Source: Mobula hypostoma (lineage: Eukaryota). From it: a stretch of 64,000 nucleotides of DNA. The DNA is taken from assembly GCF_963921235.1 (NCBI RefSeq), contig NC_086107.1:107076001-107140000 (forward strand). The letters run 5' to 3'. Of this stretch, positions 1 to 12,296 are shown in pieces (the first letter of the stretch is position 1; each line of letters starts with the position of its first letter). Position numbers and translations under genes: made by a program. The notes under the pieces were generated by a model, which did not search any database, was not told where the DNA came from, and was given only the letters and a program-made list of their open reading frames with translations.

Positions 1-158
1 CCCCTGTGACCGATTACACCTGTGACCAATGACACCCCTGTGACTGATTACACCCCTGTGACCGATTACACCCCTGTGACCAATGACACCCCTGTGACCA
101 ATGACACCCCATGTGACCGATTATGTGACCATGTGACCATGTGACCATGTGACCATGT
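1..158. repeat. 18-bp minisatellite (cccctgtgaccgattaca/cccctgtgaccaatgaca) followed by (tgtgacca)n
   Basis: Tandem units read directly; runs off the window start and abuts a V-SINE fragment. Confidence 0.9.
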
Positions 159-159
159 A

Positions 160-305
160 ACCTAGTAACCCATAGGTCTTTGGACTGTGGGAGGAAACCC
201 ACACAGTCACGGCGAGAACGTACAGACTCTTTACCAACAGCGGCAGATCCGAACCTGAGTTGCTGGTGCTGTAGTAGTGTTATACTAACCCCTACGCCAG
301 CGCGC
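160..305 (-). mobile_element. V-SINE (tRNA-derived) fragment
   Basis: gtctttggactgtgggaggaaaccc...cacggcgagaacgtacagactc is the reverse complement of the V-domain core. Confidence 0.75.
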
Positions 306-799
306 TGCCTCCAACGAAATGGCATATAAAGCAAACCTCGGTAGATGTGACAATAATAAACCAATTTACCGGTCTGCCACTTTAAATGTTTGATCCTTTG
401 TGCTGAGCATACCTCAAGCTCCAGCAGACCGAAGATGTCACAGAGAAACAGACTCAGCAATGACCCTCGCAAGCCGATAAATTCTTCATATATTTTAAAG
501 GGGTAGCATCTTTTTCTTCCAAATACAAGTGAAAATTGTTCCAACCAACTCCGTTCTGACACTTAGCATGATAGAGTCATGCAACAGAGAAACAGACCCT
601 TCAATCCATCGAAACTATGCTGACCACCTAGCATCTATGCACTAATCCTATTATTTTTCCCTACATTCCTATCAGCTCATCCAAAAATGTGTCACACACT
701 TACACACGAGGGGAATTTACAGTGGTTGCTTTATCTTCCAACCTGCACATCTTTGGGATATGGGAGAAGATCGGAGCATCCAGGGTCACAGAGAGAAGC

Positions 800-1160
800 A
801 GGTAGGAGGTACGAGAGCCTCAGGACTCACTCCACCAGGTTCAAGAGCAGTTACTACCCCTCAACCATCAGGCTCCTGAACACATGGGGATAACTTCACT
901 TGCCCTATCATTGAAATGTTCCCACAACCAATGGAATCACTTTCAAGAATTCTTCACCTCATGCTCTCGTTATTTATTGCTATTTATTTATATTTGCATT
1001 TGCACAGTTTGTTGTCTTCTGCACTCTGGTTGATCTTTCATTGATCCTGTTATAGTCACTATTCTATAGATTTACTGAGTATGCCCACAAGAAAATAAAT
1101 CTCAGGGTTGTATATGGTGGCATAGATGTACTTTGATAATAAAATTTATTTTGAACTTTG
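800..1160 (+). mobile_element. Rex1/Babar-type LINE 3' end
   Basis: Encodes RRYESLRTHSTRFKSSYYPSTIRLLN, then a 3'UTR ending aataaa...ttgaactttga; near-identical copies at 17620-18290(-), 59385-59700(-), 60330-60750(+). Confidence 0.8.
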
Positions 1161-1350
1161 AGAGAGCATGCAAACTCCACAGAGAGAGCACTGGGGTTCT
1201 GTTAGCTGCACTACTGTGCACACAGTACTGCAAGAGGAAAGGACTTAGGCAGACACATTGTCCTCCTGCCCCACCATCTTTCTCTCCCTTCATCTGACTT
1301 GCCTGTCCAGAGCCTCTATTCCTTACAGTTTTCCCAGCTCCCTCCTTTAT

Positions 1351-2190
1351 GTTTCCGGTTCCTTCCGGCTTAAGATGGCACCATTGGATGTGTGCAACAA
1401 TTCAGCAGTAGCTCAAAAGGCAAGAAATTCGACTAAAAACATTACTAATAGCACCTTTCCTGAAGCAAATTGTGGTAAACTATCTCCACAAACCATGAAG
1501 AAGCGAGCGGACACGAAGCTGATTCAAAGGATGGGTCGTGCGGGTGCATCGCAAAACCAAGGCGCAACATCTTCAAGATGGGGGTTGCAGACGGAGCTGT
1601 TATCGCTGTCGGGGATGGAGTGAGGGATTTGGAGAGGAGTCAATGCCGAAGAGTTTCACTGCCCGTCCACCAAACTCGGGTGCGAGGTCGGGTCGCTCCA
1701 AGCACCGAGCTGATTTGGTGAGGTCGAGAACAGCTTCGGGCCGGGCGCCCAGGCGTATTGGAGCGAGGTGCTACCCGGTGCTTGGACAATTTAAACACTG
1801 GCCCAGATAGACTGGAAAGCCTGAGTATTGGGACCAGAGGCAAGGGTCGGGCTGGCTTTGCTCGCTGTCCCGCGATGTTCATTCAACTTTCAGCGGTGAA
1901 CTGCTCCGGCCGCTGTGCTATTTAGACCGAGGCTTAGGCTGACTCCTGCTGCTTCGGGGAGCAGATCGAAGTACTCAGTCTGGTTTGGAATTCTGTCGTT
2001 TGCTTCTATTGGTTGCTTGATTGTTTCTAGTTCTTTCTCTTTCTCTGCGCAGTGCTTTCGGTCTTTCTTTTTCTTTAAGTGGGGTCTTCGGGTTCCTTGC
2101 TTTGTGGCTGCCTGTAAGTAGACAAATCTCAGGGTGTGTAGTTTATACATTCTTTGATAATAAATGTGCTTTAAATCTTGAATCTCTGAA
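1351..2190 (+). mobile_element. Non-autonomous retroposon with Rex1-type 3' tail
   Basis: 5' ttccggcttaagatggcacc head, CpG-rich body, tail atctcagggtgtg...ttgataataaatg...ttgaatct shared with the Rex1 ends. Confidence 0.6.
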
Positions 2191-2479
2191 TCTTTATGTA
2201 GCCCAGGTGGAATCAAGGCTCTGGTGCCTGAAGATCTGGAGCGGTTACTCAGAATGGTAAAAGTATCGAGTAGTCCATTTCCTCCCAGATGAATGCTTGG
2301 CAAGTCAGTCCCATCAACCCCTATTTCCATTGGCCCAGAAGGGACTTCTATTGATAGAATATAGAACAGGAGTAGGCCATTCAGCCCACAATGTCTGTGC
2401 TGAACACAACACATCCCTTCTGCTTCCACAAGATGCATATCCCTTCATCCCCAGCATTGTTCTATGGATAATGTATGTT

Positions 2480-2805
2480 TTTTTTTCCTTGTGGCCGGTT
2501 CAGCTCACTGCCCCTGCCGGGTGTGCTCGAACCTGCGCTGGACTGAGACCGCAGCCTGCACCCGGTGGGCGTCCGGATCGGCTGGCACCGTGAACTTCAG
2601 TTCTGAGTGCTGCTTGCTTGCTTTTACTGTTTGCACGATTTGTTTTTTTTTCTCTCACTCGCGCTCTCTGGGTGCTTGACGGTCTTCTGTTGTTTTTAAT
2701 GGGTTCTTTGTTTCGTGGCTGCCCGTTAGGGGACGAATCTCACGGTTGTATAAAGTATACATACTTTGATAACAAAATGTGCTTTGATCTTTGAACTTTG
2801 AACTT
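2480..2805 (+). mobile_element. Non-autonomous retroposon 3' part with Rex1-type tail
   Basis: Tail gaatctcacggttgtataaagtatacatactttgataac...(ttgaact)n. Confidence 0.6.
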
Positions 2806-3369
2806 AACTGATACTATCTGCCCGTGCTGCAAGTAAATTTTACGTTGCACCTGTGCGCACGTCTACTTGTGCAGATAGTAGTAAATTTAACTCTGACTTT
2901 GATTTTATATCTCTATCCATCTGAAAACCTTTTAAATGTCATTATTGTATCCGTTTTCACCTCTGCTCCAGCTAGACCTTTCCAGACACCCAGCTACCTG
3001 TGTGTAAAAAAAGCTTGCCCTGCACACCTCCTTGAAGCCTTCCCCCTCTCACCCCAATTCTGTGCTCTCTTGCATTCAACATTTACACCATGGGAAAAAT
3101 ATTCCACTTGCCTACTCCATCTATATCTCTCATAATTCTTTATAAACTTCTATCAGGTCTCCGTCAGCCTCCACCGCTCCAGAGAAAACAGATTATCTCC
3201 ATCCAATTCACTTTTCAAATCCTGATAAGCACCCCCCCAAAAAAAACAATGGATATGTAAGATTATCACCACTAATCTCATAAAAATAAAATTATTAGAT
3301 TAGTGAGGATAATCTGATGAATTTCAGATGTATAAAATAGTTTTACTGCCCATTCTGCTGGATTGAAGT

Positions 3370-3770
3370 AAGCTGCAGAGGTTTGTAAACTCAGCCAGCT
3401 CCATTGCCTCTGCAGTATCCAGGACATCTTCAAGGAGTGATGCCTCAAAAAGGTGGCATCCATCATTAAGGACCCCCATCACCCAGGACATGCCCTCTCC
3501 TCATCAGGAAGGAGGTACAGGAGCCTGAAGGCACACACACAGTGATTCAGGAACAGCTTCTTCCTCTCTGCCATCAGAGTTTTGAATGGACATTGAACCC
3601 ATGAACACTACCTCACTATATTTTTGCAACATTTACTTAACTATTATAAATTTATTGTAATTCACAGTTTTTTTCTCTATTATCATGTATTGCATTGTAC
3701 TGCTCCGGCAGAGACAACAAATTTCACCGCACATGCCGGTGATGTGAAACCTGATTTTGAATCTGGTTCA
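3370..3770 (+). mobile_element. Rex1/Babar-type LINE 3' end (second subfamily)
   Basis: atcattaaggacccccatcacccagg (IIKDPHHPG) ... aggtacaggagcctgaag; homologues at 15700-15880(-), 31870-32240(-), 35080-35615(+), 55230-56000(-), 61260-61760(+). Confidence 0.75.
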
Positions 3771-3844
3771 GGGTTCCTGTCTATAACTGTTAGTCACTTG
3801 GTCATAGGTATAGAGGATGGGATAATTCATAGTTTATTTACTTA

Positions 3845-4110
3845 TGGAGATACAGTGCGAAATAGACCCTCTGGCCCTTCAAGTTGTGCCGCGTAGCAAC
3901 CCCCAGTTTCACCATAGCCTAATCACAGGACAATTCACAATGACCGATTAACCCAACAACCAATTCGTCTTTGGACCGCGGGACGAAACCGGAGCACTCA
4001 AAGGAAAGTCAGGCATTCCATGGGGACGACATTTGGGCACCTTCAAGGTGGCGTTGGAATTGAGCTTGGAACTCCGACACCCCAAGCTGTAGTCGTGTCG
4101 AACTCGCCGC
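3845..4110 (-). mobile_element. V-SINE
   Basis: V-domain reverse complement; same family at ~13100-13340, 16200-16450, 18850-19100, 28650-28795, 29810-30055, 35630-35810, 37240-37500, 46040-46305, 46965-47245 (all minus). Confidence 0.7.
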
Positions 4111-4217
4111 GGCGCCCAAGCGAAAGGGAAAGCAGGAGAGAGACGTTGAGCCCTTGTGGAGTGTACCTCCATTCAAGCTCTTAATGGCAAGAGCTAGGCA
4201 CCGAGGGATGAAATGAT

Positions 4218-4385
4218 AGTGCAGTGGTAGCGCAGCTGCTTCAGCGCTCCACTGATCTGGGTTCAGTGCTGTCTGTGTGGAGTTTGCATGTTCTCCCTGA
4301 GACTATATGGGTTTCCATTGGGTGCTCCCACATCCCAAAGATTTGGGAAAGTTAAATGACCCCTAAGTGCGTAGGTGAGTGGTAA
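4218..4385 (+). mobile_element. V-SINE
   Basis: tRNA-like head then ctgtgtggagtttgcatgttctccc...gggtgctcccacatcccaaaga; other plus copies at ~42355-42640 and 63630-63900. Confidence 0.75.
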
Positions 4386-4465
4386 AATATGGAGCAACAG
4401 AAGGAAAAGGAGATGCAAAAAGTGTGTTAATCAGAAGACGAAAGATTAAAGGTTAGCTTTATTTG

Positions 4466-5155
4466 GGGAGGAGAAGATGGCGGCGCGACGCAGTGCGCGC
4501 AGCCGCTCCGAGATGATATCGGTATTTGTTAAGTAGGTACCATGCACAATTCTGATTTGATGGAGACAGACGTGAAGAAGCACGGAGGAACGTCTAGAGA
4601 AACTTCTGAAATGCCCACTTCGCTGCCGCTGCTACTGTGCGATCGAGAATCTCCGGAGGGGAAGGCCCCAAATCCTTGGCTTTGCCTATTGCCTGTTGCT
4701 GGGGCCGGGGTCGAAGCGCTCGGCAGAGATGGTGTTCACTGCTCAGTGTCGGAGGGCTGGTCGGAGGCTCGGAGTTTTCGGACGGACTCAGAGTCGGCTG
4801 TGGTTGGGTGCTTCCAGGGTGCTGCATCAGCAAGTTTGCGGTGCTGGAGGTTCATGGCAGGGAGAGATTTTTTTCTTCCTTCTACCGTCTGCGTGAGATG
4901 TTGGGACTTTTGAGAGACTTTGAGACTTTTTTTTACCGTGCCCATGGTCTGTTCTTTATCAAATTACTGTATTGCTTTGCACTGTTGTAACTACATGTTA
5001 TAATTATGTGGTTTTTGTCAGTTTTTCAGTCTTGGTTTGTCTTGTGTTTCTGTGATATCATTCTGGAGGAACATTGTATCATTTCTTAATGCATGCATTA
5101 CTAAATGACAATAAAAGAGGACTGAGTGTCCTCATAATCTAATCTAATAATCTAA
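4466..5155 (+). mobile_element. ~690 bp non-tRNA retroposon, copy 1
   Basis: Starts ggagaagatggcggcg; ends aataaaa-gaggactgagtgtcctc-(aatct)n; four similar copies in the window; interrupts a minus-strand SINE (4440-4465 + 5156-5420). Confidence 0.85.
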
Positions 5156-5519
5156 TTTGTCACATGAACATTGAAACATACAGTGAAATGTATGGCTTGC
5201 ATTGAACATGAGCTGACGCAGCCCACAAGTGTTGAAACACTCTTGGCACCAACATAGCATCTTACTAACTCTGAGTCACACGTATTTGGATTTTGGGAGT
5301 AAACCAGAGCACCTGGAGGAAAGCAGTCCAGTCATGGGGACAGCATACAAACCCCTTATGGGCAGTGGTGGGAATCGAACCCCAATCTTACAGCTGGTGC
5401 TGTGAGCGATTGCGTTTACCGCTCCCCTCCCGTGCCTTCCAATTGGCGGCTTGGTGGCCAGTCCAGACTGGACGGGTCAATGGACCTCACTCTCCGCTGT
5501 GTAACACTGTTGCTTTAAG

Positions 5520-5750
5520 AGCTGTCAGGGATCCAGCCTTTGAGATGGGACATTAAACCAGGTCGGTTTCCTCCCTCAGGTGATGGAAGAGCTCCAATTG
5601 TCAATTTCGAATTCTCCCCAGTGTCCAAGAGAACTCTCTCAACCATCATTTCTGAAAATGAAAAGATTTTGATCTACATGGGACCTTGCTGTGCACAAAT
5701 TAACTGCCTTGTAACGGTGACTACAGTCCACAATGTACGTCACTGGCTGA
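5520..5750 (+). mobile_element. Degenerate DeuSINE (SacSINE1-like)
   Basis: gagatgggacattaaacc...tgggaccttgctgtgcacaaattaactgcc...gtgactaca resembles the Deu domain as recalled. Confidence 0.55.
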
Positions 5751-6095
5751 GGAGTGGGAATGGTATCAGAAACAGGTATGTCTATTCTTGCTTAATGGAA
5801 TCAGGGCCACAGAATATAAAGCACTCTCGAAGCTAAGCCCAATAAGCAGAGACGGTTAGAATTCATTACTTCCTCAGATGTCCAGTAATGAGATTCAGCA
5901 AGCCTGCAGCAGGCTGAATGAAGAGACAGACCCTGCTGTGGTACAAATGACAGCCACAGGGTGCAAGGATTTTACCGGCTCTCACACTGGGTCGGCCTCA
6001 AAGACTGAATGAAGCAGGCTCTGTCACCTGGAGCTTTATCCTTCCTTGCCAATAAATATAGATTGGTTAAAGGCAGCGGAATGAGGCTCATTCAC

Positions 6096-6890
6096 TGCGC
6101 GTGTGGGTGGCTGTGTTTGACTCTGGGTGTGTGTGAGAGAGAGAGAGTGTGTGTGTGTGTACAACGTATGCGCGTGTGGGTGGGTGTGTTTGACTGGGTG
6201 TGTGTGTGTGTATGTATGTGTGTGTACTGTACACGTGTGTTTATATGTGTGCGTGAGTGAGTGTGTTTGAATCTGGGTGTGTGTGAGAGAGAGTGTGTGT
6301 GTGTGTACAATGTATGTGTGTGTACTGTATACGTGTGTTTATAGGTGTGTGCGCTGTGTATATGTCTGTGAGTGTGTGTACTGTGTATATGTGTGTCTGT
6401 GAGAGAGAGAGAGGGTGTAAGTGAGTGTGTGCACTGAGTGTGTGTGTCTGTGAGTGTGTGTACTGTGTATGTGTGTGGGTGTATGTAAGTGGATGTGTGT
6501 GTGTGTGTGGCGGTGTATGCATGTGTGTGTGAAGGTGTGGGTGTGTGTGAGTTCATGCATGTGTCTGTGTGTGTGGAGGTGTGTCTGTGAATGTGAATGT
6601 GTGTGTGGGTCTGTGTCTATGTGTGTGAATGTGTGAGTGTGTGGAATGGTGTGTGTGTGGGTAGGTGTGTGTATGTGAGTGTGTGTGTGTGTGAGTGTGA
6701 GCGTGTGTGTGTGAGTGTGAGTGTGAGTGTGTGAGTGTGTGTGTGTGTGAGTGTGAGCATGTGTGTGTGAGCGTGTGTGAGTGTGAGAGTGTGTGTATAT
6801 GTGAGCATGTGTGTGAGTGTGAGCATGTGTGTGTGTGAGTGTGTGTGTGAGTGTGTGTGTGTGAGTGTGTGTGTATGCGCGTGTGTTTAT
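6096..6890. repeat. Compound (GT)n/(GTGA)n microsatellite, ~800 bp
   Basis: Direct reading; source of the His/Thr-rich and Cys/Val-rich ORF artefacts. Confidence 0.95.
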
Positions 6891-7289
6891 TGCTATTAGC
6901 TTAGTACTGAGATACAGGGAAAAGCATTTGTCTGCTGACTACCCGGACAGATCATGCCACACATACGACCATCAAGACAGGGAACAGAAAAGCGGGATGC
7001 AGAACGTAGTGGAACAGCTACAGAGAGAGTGCAGAGCCTGCAGGGGTCATAACGAGGTAGACTGAGAGATCAAGAGTTCATTTTTAGTCCATGAGAAGCG
7101 TTTTCAAGAGCCTGATAGTAATGGGGTGGAAGCCGTCCTTGAGTCCGGTGGTATGTGACCTTTCTCCATGGGTCCACCCTCCCCTCCCATCTGATTCCTT
7201 CCTCTCCAGCCCTCTTCCTTTCCCACCCACCTGGCTTCACCTAACACATTCCAGCTATCCCCTTTCTCCTCCCCCCACCTTTACATTCT

Positions 7290-7765
7290 GGCACAAAATA
7301 CTCTGCAGATGCGGGGGTCAAAGCAACACTCACAACACGCTGGAGGAACTCAGCAGGTCGGGCAGCATCCGTGGAAACGATCAGTCAACGTTTCGGGTTG
7401 GAACCCTTCGTCAGGACTGTAGGGGGAAGGGGCAGAGGCCCTATAAAGAAGGTGGGGGGAGGGTGGGAAGGAGAAGGCTGGTAGGTTCCAGGTGAGAAAC
7501 CAGTAAGGGGAAAGATAAAGGGGTGGGGGAGAGGAAGCAGGGAGGTGATAGGCAGGAAAGGTGAAGAAGGAATAGGGGAAAACACAATGGGTAGTAGAAG
7601 GAGGCGGAACCAAGAGGGAGGTGGTAGGCAGCTGGGGGAGGGGACAGAGTGAAACTGGGATAGGGGAAGGGAGGAGGAGGGAATTACCGGAAGTTGGAGA
7701 ATTCTATGTTCATACCAAGGGGCTGGAGGCTACCTTGATGGTATATGAGGTGTTGCTCCTCCAGC
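7290..7765 (-). mobile_element. Penelope-like element 3'/pseudo-LTR fragment
   Basis: tgctggaggaactcagcagg...gcagcatc terminus, purine-rich tract, reverse-strand EEQHLI motif shared with the long copy at 23815-25200. Confidence 0.75.
7382..7419 (-). ncRNA. Minimal type I hammerhead ribozyme motif
   Basis: Minus strand CAGUC-CUGACGA-A-GGGUUCCAACCC-GAAA-C-GUU-GACUG: both core boxes, 5-bp stem I, stem II. Confidence 0.75.
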
Positions 7766-8070
7766 CTTTACATTCTGTACATTCTGGCATCCTCCCCCTT
7801 CCTGAGGAAGGGTCTTGGCCCCAAAAAAACATCGACTGTTTGTTCATCTCCATGGATGCTGCCTAACCTGATGAGTTCCTCCAGCATTTTGTGTGTGTTG
7901 TTTAGTATGAAGTTTCAACCTTTTATTTTACATCTTCTGCCCAGTGGGAGAGGGGAGAGGAGAGAATGGCCAGGGGTAGAAGGAGACCTTGATTACATTG
8001 GCTGATTTCCCTAGAGTGAAGTGTCGACAGAGTCTATGGAGCAGAGGCTGTGTTTGACTGTCTGTCTTTA

Positions 8071-8111
<41 letters not shown>

Positions 8112-8344
8112 ATAACTGTATATGTTTATGACTGCATGCACATCTCTCTCTCACCCTACATGTCCATGGATACCCAATGCTTGAGTTTGTGCAGACACGA
8201 CAGCATCTACGTGACTGTGTAGCTGTGGTCATGTCCACCCCTGTCTCCAGATCTCCCTGCACCCACATCCCCTCCTTGCTCCCCCTCAGATCCTCTTTAA
8301 ATAGAACTGCTAAGAATCTAAAGCAGATCTTAGGCAAAACGGTT

Positions 8345-8840
8345 ATGGACTTAATAGAAAATTACAGCACAGAAACAGGCCATTCGGCCCACGATGTTGT
8401 GCCAAACTAGCTAAAAGGCAAATCAAAAATGCCCACAAACACTAATCCCTCCTGCCTACACCACGTCCATATCCCTCCAACTTCCTCATATCCACGTGCC
8501 TATCCAAAGGGATAGTGTCCGTGTACACAATGTTTCTTAAAAGTCTTCAATGTATTTGCCTCCACTACCATATCAGGCAGCGCATTCCATTTTTTACTCT
8601 CTGAGTAAAAAATTTAACCCCTCGCATGCCCTTGAACCTATCCCCTCTCTGCCCTCTGGTACTAGACATTTCAACCCTGGGAAACAGACACTCCCTGTCC
8701 ACTCTATCGATGCCTCTCATAATCTTATAAAGTCTCTGTCAGATCTCCCCTCAGTGTCCAACGCTCCAGACAAGACAACCCAAGCTTATCCAGCCTCTCA
8801 TAATAGCACATGCCCTCTAAACCAGGCAGCATCCTGGTCA
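8345..8840 (-). mobile_element. CR1 LINE 3' relic
   Basis: acaggccattcggcccac tail plus CR1-like reverse coding; homologue at ~40300-40710. Confidence 0.6.
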
Positions 8841-9394
8841 TCTTATAACTTACCACAATTAGGGTGGCTGGGCACCCTGTCACAGATAATCAGATGACGC
8901 CAATCCATTTTTACTGGTGGTCACACCCCACCAAACCTGAGCTAAGAAGTTGAAACCCAGTGGTCTCCAGTCTCACTCACCCCCACTATCCAAGGTGGGA
9001 TTTGAGCTGCAGATCTCCTAGCCCAGAAACACAGCTCTGCTCCCCCGATTGGAGTACTTCAGGAACGGCGATGGAAGGTTGGGAGGAAGCTCCTAATCTG
9101 AACCTATGATCAGGAGGACAAGGGGAAGGTAGATAGAATGGACTGCCAGTAAGGGTGTCAGAAGTTAGGGGGAGAAGGCAGGAGAATGTGGTTTAGAGGG
9201 ATAGTAAATTGGCCATGATGGATTGGGTGGAGAAAACTTGATGGGCCGAATGGCCTAATTTCGCTCCTGTGTCTTATGGTCTTAAGACACACTGCGAGCA
9301 AACAAATGGGCAGGAAGCCTAGACAGGAACCATTGATTTCAGCCCCTAACCCGTGATAATCTACTCAACACTGACAACTGGAGACGTTTTCTCA

Positions 9395-9770
9395 TTATGT
9401 GCCCATGACGTATGATGGGCGATCATCATCCTTCCAAGACCATGATTGCTCCTGGCAAATTTTTCTGCAGATGTGGTTTGCCATTGCCTTCTTCTGGGCA
9501 GTGTCTTTACAAGATGGGTGACCCCAGCCATTATCAATACTCTTCAGAGATTGTCTGCCTGGCGTCAGTGGTCGCATTACCAGGACTTGTGATATACCCC
9601 AGATGGTCATACGACCATCCACCACCTGTTACCATGGCTTCACGTGACCATGATCGGTGGGGGGGGCTAGGCAGGTGCTACACCTTGCCCAAGGGTGACC
9701 TACAGGCTACTAGAGGGAAGGGGCACTTTACACCTCCTTTGGTAGAGATGTATCGCCACCTGGCCACCCA
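9395..9770 (-). mobile_element. Non-autonomous RTE-related SINE
   Basis: Second copy at 34743-35030(+); contains agaaggcaatggcaaacca, similar to RTE/BovB-type 3' ends. Confidence 0.55.
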
Positions 9771-10532
9771 TGGAGACATTAAAGGGTCAATAAGCCGAAT
9801 GGCTGGGAGTGAAATACCACTGGTTAGACAAGTCACGCTAGCACACCTCGGGGGACAGGAACATCAACCATAAACTTTCCACCAGCTTGGGTAAGCTATC
9901 GACACGTCACTGGATTAAAATCAGAGTGTCTCACATTAACTGACCGTGAGACTACTGAACTCCCTGCCATCACCCAGATCTAATCACGTTTGAACTTCCA
10001 TTAGCATACGACTGATTACCTTTTAACTTGTATCATAAATGCACCTTATTGCTTGTGGTAATATTACTTTATGTGCTGTGTGTGTGTGAGTTATATGTAC
10101 CGTGTTGTGCTCCTTGGTCCTGAGGAACGTTGTCTCATTTGACGGTATACATGTGTCCTCATTGTCTCGTTTGACGGTATACATGTGCACTCAACACTGA
10201 CAAATGGAAACATTATAAGAACAAATAAACTGAGTATTTGAATGGCAATAATTCTATACTTGGATTGACACATGAATTAGGCCACTCAGCCCATCGATTC
10301 AATCCCACCAACCACAACTTAAATGCTACAATCCTGCACTTCCCTAGTAACTTTTCACTCCCCCTTCCTCTTGCTTTAATAATGTTCAAAGATGCTTTAA
10401 AAAGGAGAGATCCAAACACAAATGACTCTCCTAGAAGAAAGATTTGCCTCGTGTCAGAACCTGTGCATACACCTATGTATGTGTGCATGTGCATATTTAC
10501 GCATTTGTATGTCTACAAGCGTCTTGGTGTTG

Positions 10533-10988
10533 TATAAGGTGCAAAGGTTTTAGGCGCGTCTACATAAGACTTCTGCGCAGTACTGTATCTGTCAACTTGG
10601 AGCAGAGATCGAGTTTGTAAATCTGGATGCTAGGAATGGCGAGGGTGGAGCACTGTGGGGGTGGGGTGTAGGACAAGCGGCGGAGAAGGAGTGCCAGGAG
10701 TGGGGAGTTGGCGTGAGCGCAGACAAACCCAGCCCTGAGACACAAGGCAAGGTCACTTGATTCCAAACAATTGGTTTATTGATCATTACAGAATGTCTCT
10801 TTGGTGCTTCCCACTCCCTCCCAGCTCCCTTCCCCTTTTCCCAACTATGACTCCCCTCTCCCTGGCCCCTTCCCACTCTCAGTCCACAACAGAGACCCAT
10901 ATCAGAATCAGTTTTTCATCGCCGACATATGTCATGAAATACATAAAATTACTACAGTATTATGCAAAAGTCTTTTGCACAGTATTGA
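10533..10988. mobile_element. Composite Tc1-type MITE, copy A
   Basis: Two TIR-only mini palindromes (10533-10587, 10953-10988) flank ~365 bp that matches the interior of 31333-31858 in reverse. Confidence 0.7.
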
Positions 10989-12080
10989 GTGTACTTTGAT
11001 AATAAATCTACTTTGAGCTTTGATCCGTGTATGTGTGTGTGTCTGTATTTCTGTGTCTGTGACATTGTGTGGATGCTCAACACTTAAATGGATGTCACTT
11101 CAACCATCTTCTTCTCGAGCCAGCCAGAACAAATCTAATCACTATAGCAACACCATGAGCACTTTGATTATTTGCACTAAAATGGACAGTGCTGTTTTGT
11201 TCTGATTGTGTTCTTTCCTTGTAGAATTAGTGTATAATTTATGTTTTTCTTGTGAATGCTACTTACATAATCCAACCTGCTGAAGGGTTCTTACCGCACT
11301 GTGTGCGTGCAGGTACTCGTGCACATGACAATAAACTGCCCTCCTGCACACCCTTGGGCTGTTGGTCATTGACACAAACGACACACTTTACTGTGTTCCG
11401 ATATTTCAATGTACAGGTGACAAACCACGTTAATCTTTACTTTTTAATCTTCAAACCCGATTTTGACTGCTTTTCAAATGCTGCCCTTTGTTGTGGGTCC
11501 TCCCACACCAGGAAGCAATCTCTTCACATCCATCTCCTCAGGATCTCGTAGGAAGCAGGGGGAAAGGATGCTCGCCAACAGAGAAGATTGCAGCTGTTTA
11601 TCATGGATATGAAATGGGTGAAGATAAATTGCGGGTGTTGAGCTCTTGAGTTTCTTTTTCAGAATCCTTTTGCAGGATAATGTGCGGCTCAGAATGATTG
11701 AATATATGACCAGACCTCAGCGCAGGAGTAACTTCCTGGCTAATTTTTAGAAACCTGTGTAGGTGGAGATCTTTTGGACCCTATTCTCTGAGGCACAGGC
11801 AATGTGGAATTATTGCATTGTAAATGAGACAGATTTATCTTAGGAAACAGCCTTGTAGAATCCAGGGCTTGAACAATTGTAGTCCTGTCCTACAAGGAAC
11901 AAGGTGACACAGAGAGAGGGGAAATGTCAAATCTCGAAGTTCTCCACCACTGGGGTTCTCCATAAATCACTGGTGGAGGCTGAGAATGTTTGCTGGTTTG
12001 CTGGACTCCCAAGAGGTGAGTTTGATATGCCTGGATCCTTCTCCTTTTGGCAACCGATCAACGATTGAGGATCAATTTTA

Positions 12081-12296
12081 ACACGAGGAATTCTGCAGAT
12101 GCTGGAAATTCAAGCAACACACATCAAAGTTGCTGGTGAACGCAACAGGCCTGGCAGCATCTCTAGGAAGAGCTACGGTCGACGTTTCAGGCCGAGACCC
12201 TTCGCCAGGACCCTTCGAAGGCTCTCGGCCTGAAACATCGACTGTACCTCTTCCTAGAGATGCTGCCTGGCCTGTTGCGTTCACCAGCAACTTTGA
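12081..12296. mobile_element. Palindromic Penelope-derived insertion
   Basis: Inverted arms meeting at ~12205-12222; imperfect TSD tgaggatcaatttta (12066-12080) / tgagaatcaacttta (12297-12311). Confidence 0.8.

Noticed and set aside
1..125. CRISPR-like periodic repeats
   Set aside because: Contiguous tandem units without spacers; eukaryotic context; no cas genes
14..562. 182-aa ORF with SQGCHW repeats
   Set aside because: Read-through of a SINE and an 18-bp minisatellite
3261..3314. Imperfect 18-bp inverted repeat
   Set aside because: AT-rich, single copy, no TSD; plausible by chance or a decayed MITE
6092..6826. His/Thr-rich and Cys/Val-rich ORFs
   Set aside because: Translations of a (GT)n microsatellite
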